Below are positions 57,997-64,000 of a DNA stretch of 64,000 nt, piece after piece. The DNA is taken from contig OZ024743.1 of the NCBI GenBank assembly GCA_964016885.1, positions 223,448,001 to 223,512,000 of the forward strand, written 5' to 3'. The DNA comes from Eledone cirrhosa. Taxonomy: Eukaryota. The stretch's first letter is position 1. Each line of letters opens with the position of its first letter. The translations under genes and the position numbers were made by a program. The notes under the pieces were generated by a model. The model was not told the DNA's origin and did no database searches. It saw only the letters and a program-made list of their open reading frames with translations.

Positions 57997-59441
57997 CTGT
58001 CGGTTTGCAACTTGGAACGTGGAGAGGCAAACCGATGCCGTCCAACAGCGTCATCGGATGCTGGACGGACGGACCAGTGAAATTGCTTGGGGTCTGGTTC
58101 GGTCCGGACCTCCAGTTGGAGAAAAACTGAACGAGGTCACGGCCAAGGTATTTGCGCTCACCCAGAAGTGGGCAGAGTGCAAACTATCCTTGACCGTCGT
58201 GCCTTGTCCCTGTGAACAACTCATCAAGATGGAACGCATGCTCTTCCAGTTCCTTTGGAAGAAGCAGGCTCCACTGGTGAGGAGATCCGTCTGCTGTCAG
58301 CACCCTTCCAACGGAGGGCTGGGAATGCCGTGGCTGATGATGCGCAAGCATGCGCTGAGGCTACGGCATCTACAGGTATTCCTCACTGACCCCCAACCTG
58401 TGTGGGCACCGTTTGTGAGACAGGCCTTCCCATAACTTGTCTCGCTGATGGAGCTACAGTCCTGGGTCAAGAAGATGGGCGCCTGGCACATTGAATGTGC
58501 TCAGGCACTCACAGTCCTCTGTCAAGCGGGCACGGCAATCAGTGGAGACTCCACTTCGACATTCTATAGAGGGTTAGTACGTCACAAGGGTGATGACGTG
58601 CTCAGAGAGACTCTAGGCGTCGAAGATGATGAACTCATCAGTTTGTTTGGTAGGACTTTCTGCCCGAGACCTATGGACAACTTCCAGAGGTCCCTGGCCT
58701 GGCAGTGCTACCGAGGAGCTCTACCAGTTCATGACAAGATCTACAGGCACGGACACCCTGGCAGGGATCCTTCCAAGAGGATGTGTCCAAGATGCGGGCA
58801 GGACATTGAAACCGTCTTGCACGCAATTGTACACTGCCCGGGTGTAACTGACTTGTGGAACTACGCAGAACAACTGCTGTCGCGTATGGGACAAATCCAG
58901 TTGACTGCCGAGTCCATAGTAAGGATCAAACCGCCAGCTTCTTTCAAAAACGAAAGAGAGGCAGTTTTCCTCTACAGTGGCTATGGTGAAAGAGGTTATA
59001 TGGTGGACGAGATTGAGAGGATTGAAGACAGATGCCTTTCTCTCTGGACAACAACTCATTCCCTTCTTTAGGTACCACTTTAGAAGGAGAATCAGAGTGG
59101 AGAGAGAGGCACTGCACCCCAGTAAATTTACTGAAAGGTGGGTGAATGTAGCAAAAATGGCCCGAGTTGGGCCTTCTCTGTATATAAACCTGTAGGTTGA
59201 AGAAGAGAGCAAAAGGAAGAAAGGAGCACTTTCACAACACGCTCCTGAAGTTGAGGGTTGTTCTATCTACGGGGTATTAAACAAGTCATTTGTGGCGCCC
59301 CCCCCCCCCCCCCCCCCCTATTGGGAATTTCGATTGTTAAATTTGTTTGTTTCAATATTTTTACACGATTGTATGTAAAATCCCCGGCCTGTGTTTTTGT
59401 CTTGTCCCCTTTTCTTGTGCGCTCTTGTGGCAAATAAAGAA
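57997..59441 (+). mobile_element. 5'-truncated Tx1/L1-clade LINE
   Basis: FQFLWK...GGLGMP and zf-RVT CPRCG..ETVLHAIVHCP; AATAAAGAA 3' end; imperfect TSD ATCTATGTTTATGCAAGT versus ATCTATCTTTACAAGT. Confidence 0.85.
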
Positions 59442-59713
59442 ATCTATCTTTACAAGTGGACAGATCATTGTGAAAATGTATTAGTAAAGACTTTAATTTT
59501 TAATGGGATGCTGTCAGTGTGCTGTTTTGTACTTTTCAAAATGTCTTGCTAATGTGATTTCATGCTGCATAGGACATTAAGAGTTTAATGAACTAAATGG
59601 AACAATAGGAGTTATGTTCTCTTCATTGCATGCAACAACCACAACTACTATTTATGAATTGCTTGTTTTTTTTTGTAAGAAAATATTGATAGGGTTTTTA
59701 GATTATGTCTTAC

Positions 59714-59787
59714 CTTCAGAAGAATCCTGTTCCTCAGATCATATGGTGAGGGGCATGGAGCATTTTTATCATGAATATAAAGTGTAT
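59714..59787 (-). CDS. PI-specific phospholipase C, X-box exon
   Basis: Encodes (N)TLYIHDKNAPCPSPYDLRNRILLK (cf. LPSPxxLKxKILLK). CAG acceptor, GTAAGA donor, phase 1/0; joins the GKKL exon at 2538 in frame. Confidence 0.9.
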
Positions 59788-60469
59788 CTGTTATAGTGAT
59801 TAAGAATTATTATTGCGATGACATATGGAATAAAAAAAGTTAACAAAATGGGTTAAAAATAAGAAAAAGAAGATTGAAAGACAGGAAAAGAATTATGAAA
59901 TTGTAATGACTGAAATCCAAGAGCAAAACAGAAAGCTTCTTCTTCAAGTCATGATTAAAAGAAAATGAAGATACACTGGAGTGGTTTCTGCTTGCCCTTC
60001 TGATGCTATGGAAGATTTGAGCTTAGTACATTAAGTTAATAAACAACTCGTGAATTATGTGTCCTGCTATTTACACCGGAAAATTGTAATCCACAAAGTT
60101 CTTGTTTCAAGTTAGCTGGACTGTACTATTGAAAGTTAACTTTTTGTGACTGTATTTTAATTAATTAATGGTTTCTTTATTGGTTTCTTTATTGTATTTC
60201 AATTAATTAATGAAGAATTTTGAGGGATTTATCAAAATTATAATTTCATTACTAAGGTAACACAAGGTTTTAATTCAAATAAGAACACTTTAAAATAAAA
60301 GGTTTTCTTTTATAGAATTAGAACCATTTATGGCTGGGTTGATATCAAAAGTGTGCCAGAGCTACAGTGCAGCACCACTCATTGTTGTGTAAGTAATTTT
60401 GAGTCCTTCCTGATTAACTAGGCTTAGGTCATGCATCTAGCTAGTTGACTAATAATTGTTTCTTTTATT

Positions 60470-61075
60470 ATACAAAGCATATAAATAAATTTACAGTAGA
60501 ATAACATAACAAATATGTTTAAAATATATACATAAATAACGTTACAAATGCTTAGATAACATTATAAATTGCTCACGATTCTTTCAGAAGGATATATTCT
60601 TTTAATGTTGCAATATTAAAGAAAATCTAAAAGAAGTGAACAACACCAGAGCAAAAGACAGTAGTGTCGCGAGGAGTACCGGGCAACCTCTCTAATGATT
60701 TTTGAGGCAAGCCAGCACACCCGCAGCATTGCCTCGGGTGATGGCGAGGCTAATGCGTTGGAACAACCAAGCGCCCTTGTGAGATTCGCCAGTTACCTCT
60801 ATTAGGCGAGCCGTCAGTGAAGAGAGGAACCCCGCAGTCAGCGGCCCGACTCCCCCAAACGTCTTGAAAGCTACAGGCTGGAAAATGTAGCTGGCCGACA
60901 GATCACAGTATTTGAGGGTCTTATTCTGCTCGGCTGTGGAAGCTGTGGGTCTCATTCTAACCGCAGCATCCAGGATGTGGGAAGAAGCAAAGGAGTCACT
61001 AACAGTGACGTCCCAGACAAGGCACCTGCCTCTTGTCCAGGGGCACAGGGTAAGGCTGTCAGGTCTTTTGCCGTT
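60470..61075 (-). mobile_element. 3' fragment of the CRE-like LINE
   Basis: GKRPDSLTLCPW.RGRCLVWDVTV...AEQNKTLKY...WLFQRISLAITRGNAA, a PD-(D/E)xK restriction-like endonuclease region. Confidence 0.85.
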
Positions 61076-61649
61076 AGGTATGATTCCTACATCGTCTGTA
61101 TCTGATGTAGTGGAAGACCATATTGCATCCTCTAGTTTCCTAATCTGATTACCATTTCAGCTATGACTATCACATTTTTTTGTTTAGACATTGTATTATT
61201 AGACATATTACATAATACAATGTGCCCTTTCTTTTTTAAGATGGTAAGGTGTGATTTGAAGGAGATGAGGCTGCTATTTCTAGCATATTGGTTCATGTGT
61301 GCAGTGTGTGTGTGTGTTTGTGAGGATGGGTATTTAGGTATGGGTTTAATTTTAAATATAGTTATGATTACTTTGTTTTCACAATATCTTCATTATTCAA
61401 ACAAAAATAAAAGAATTAAAGCCGAAAGATGAAAATCTCAGAAGTAAATCACTGTTGTATACTTTGTAAACTATCAGAGCCTTGTAGCCTTACTGTGTAA
61501 GGTTCCTAACCTCATGTTGCAACTTTTTAACTTACAGGAAGTTGGAATAACTGTGAGAGACTGGCTCTTTTGAAAATAAAATGGACAGCTCACAAGTATG
61601 CATGTCTGTCTGGTTTTCTAAAAGGTTGTATCTCATAAGAGATTTCTTG

Positions 61650-61806
61650 GTTATCTTAATGTTAGGGGCCCTCAGTCCTATCACGAAAAGCAACTTGAAA
61701 TGAAATGTCTTGTTAAAGAACACAGCCCACTGCTTGGTCCAGGAATCAAACCCACGACTGTTTCATTGTGAGTCCAATATTCTAACCACAAGGCCACACA
61801 CCTTCA
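61650..61806 (-). mobile_element. SINE family B copy
   Basis: GAAATGAAATGTCTTGTTAAAGAACAC...CTAACCACAAGGCCAC; similar to 5010-5150. Confidence 0.65.
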
Positions 61807-61996
61807 TGTTGACTCTTCATAGGTGACTAGTAATCTGTAGATAAAGTGAGGAAATTGAGGGAAAGAAACTGGAAGGAAAATGAAAATGAAGAGTGGGAGA
61901 AGGAAGAAGAGGTAAAGTAGAAAGGAGATGGAGAAGAAAGCCAATGACAGCCAAGAAGAAGAAAGAAAATATATTAGTGGCATAGTGAAAGGATAC

Positions 61997-62082
61997 TTCC
62001 AAGAATAGTTTGTAACTGGTTTGCCATGACTTTTTGCTGTGGGAGACTGAGGTGGTTCTCAATAGACAGTATTACAGGATAT
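61997..62082 (-). CDS. PI-specific phospholipase C, X-box exon
   Basis: Acceptor TTTCTATTTCAG; encodes [28 protein letters not shown] (PLC motif YPVILSxENHC..QQ..MA....ILG); phase 2/1. Confidence 0.93.
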
Positions 62083-62589
62083 CTGAAATAGAAATGTAAC
62101 AAAGTTCGCTATATCCATAGAAAGGCCACTCAATTAATAGGCCAAAAACTAACACCACACTTCAAAATCTGAGCAACAGATGTGCTGACCCCCTCTTTCA
62201 TGATCAGTCATTCATTTGCAAATAAACACATCCACTCATACACACATTTGTAAACATACACACTCATTCACCATCCATCTCTCTCCCTCTATCTCTCTCT
62301 CTCACACACACATAACTCCTTCCACACACTCACCCTTATTGGGTTCCAATACATATTTTAGCTATCCCACCCCCACAACATGCACATTCACACTGACTGG
62401 GTTCCAATACATATGTTTTAGTTAAAATTACTGTTTTATCAGATAAGACTAAGCTGATGTTAAAATGTCAATTTCTTGTTATAAGCCTTTTTATACATTA
62501 AAAATAAATGTCAAATATAAACAAAATTTGTTTTCACTCTAACATAGTGGCTATGTAAATGCATCGGGAATTTTGTATCAAATAATAAT

Positions 62590-62775
62590 AATTGTTTCTA
62601 CTTTAGGCACAAGACCAGCAATTACCCAGTGCATTACTGGTACTTTATTTTATCCACCCCGTAAGGATGAAAGGCAAAGTCAACCTCGGTGGGATTTGAA
62701 CTCAGATCGTAAAGGGACGTAACTATGCTGGAAAGCATGGCGTCCGACCCTCTACCGATACTGCCAATCCACCGC
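62590..62775 (-). mobile_element. SINE family A copy
   Basis: Reverse complement of 1281-1462. Confidence 0.85.
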
Positions 62776-62781
62776 CCTTCA

Positions 62782-63026
62782 AATAATAATAATATTATAA
62801 TAACATTATCGATATTTGATTCGTTTGCAAGCAAACAGCCTCATAATGTCATGTGTTTTAGACAATTATTATCATCCTTTTGTTCTAGCGGTGGTAGAGA
62901 GAAACAATCAACAATTGTTTCAAGGTTATTGTCAAGATTGTGTATCTCTCCCTTTTCTGCATTATGAGGCTGTTTGCTTACAAACGAATCGAATATTAAT
63001 AATGATATTATAATATTATTATTATT
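62782..63026. repeat. Inverted repeat (~67-bp arms)
   Basis: AATAATAATAATATTATAA...GCAAACAGCCTCATAATG paired with CATTATGAGGCTGTTTGC...TTATAATATTATTATTATT. Confidence 0.8.
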
Positions 63027-63139
63027 CGATATAAAACTCACGAATGCAGTCAAATATATAATTTCCCTTTTTTATATAGTCAAGTTATATAGATTTCAAA
63101 ACTCATCTGTTTTCTTTCCCACTATTTCTTATTAATATG

Positions 63140-63575
63140 GCTCTAATGCCAGAATCTGCAAAGCCAATCAAGCTTTTGGCATGCTCAACCGGGTTTGGGA
63201 ATCTTCCAGTCTCAGGGTTTGAACAAAGCTAAAGATTTTCAAAAGCAACATCCTCAGTGTACTTTACACTGTTTAATTAACTGGAAAATCTCTGTGTCCA
63301 ACAAACAGAAACTGAGAAACTGGGTACATTTCAAACCAAATATCTACAGAAAATTCTGAAAATATTTCAGTCAAACCTAATCACAAACAAGGACTTGTAT
63401 GACTGAACAGGAATGATGACTGTACAGGACTTAATACATGCACACCAATGGAAATAGTTTGGACATGTTTGCTGCATGATCTTGAACTCCTTGGTGAAAA
63501 CAGCTCTTAACTGGGTGTCATGATGAAAGAGAGAACAGGGCAGACAAAGAGAAATGTAGTGACAAATCATAGGTA
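63140..63575 (+). mobile_element. Old RTE-type LINE fragment (post-RT region)
   Basis: ARICKANQAFGMLNRVW....TKLKIFKSNILSVL...ITNKDLY...W.FGHV, with stops. Confidence 0.7.
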
Positions 63576-63840
63576 AAGAGTTGAAATGTCTGTTCTAAGC
63601 CGAGAGGATCATCAGGCTTGAGCTTATTCTAGCTTCACTGGTGTTAAACAACTGATAGTAAAAGACTTCCTCCTGGAACGGATGACAGTCCATCACAAGA
63701 TTAATCCCAATCTGCTGCTGGGACTCATTTTCAGTTGAGTTGACTGGAGCAGCATGAAATAAAATGTTTTACTGGTCTAGGAATTGAACCCATAACATTA
63801 TGCTTGGACGCCCAACACCCTAGACTCTCAACCTATGCAC
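63575..63840 (-). mobile_element. SINE family B-like copy
   Basis: GAGTTGACTGGAGCAGCATGAAATAAAATGT...GGAATTGAACCC, shared with 2110-2262. Confidence 0.55.
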
Positions 63841-64000
63841 GTTCATGACCAGCTTCAAAAGGCAGCGGATAAGAGGAGATCTCTTCTATAAATTGCCTCA
63901 GACAGAGAGTGGACTAAATAAAAGGAAGCAAACACTGAGAGAACACAGGGGTATCCCCCTCCACCGTCACATGCTGTTGTTAATGTTCTAAACAAGATGA

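Larger units (their letters stand above)
59788..61996 (-). other. U12-type (minor spliceosome) GT-AG intron
   Basis: 5' splice site GTATCCTTT at 61996-61988; branch-like TTCTTAATC at 59806-59798 close to the CAG; no polypyrimidine tract. Confidence 0.88.

Overview
Eukaryotic, very AT-rich genomic DNA. The repeat repertoire resembles a cephalopod/Octopus-type genome; this is inference. The window lies inside a minus-strand phosphoinositide phospholipase C (PLC-delta-like) gene. Four coding exons splice in frame: 62082-61997, 59787-59714, 2538-2313 and 789-607. They are separated by a 2.2-kb U12-type (minor spliceosome) intron, a 57-kb intron and a 1.5-kb intron. Roughly 23 kb of the giant intron is degenerate (TA)n-derived satellite, whose TATG/TACA polarity flips repeatedly. 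The rest is mostly transposons: an RTE LINE with an uninterrupted APE-RT frame, truncated RTE, CR1/L2, CRE and Tx1/L1 LINEs, two mariner fossils (one split by a MULE with a 9-bp TSD), piggyBac-like MITEs and two tRNA-derived SINE families. The most striking unannotated signal is a set of about ten minimal type I hammerhead-ribozyme motifs from several unrelated families, including U3-A8 covariant cores. Most sit in long fold-back inverted repeats abutting TA microsatellite, which suggests non-autonomous Penelope-like retroelements. The hundreds of Ile/Tyr-repeat ORFs are microsatellite artefacts. Repeat boundaries were read by eye and are approximate unless a TSD or TIR is quoted.
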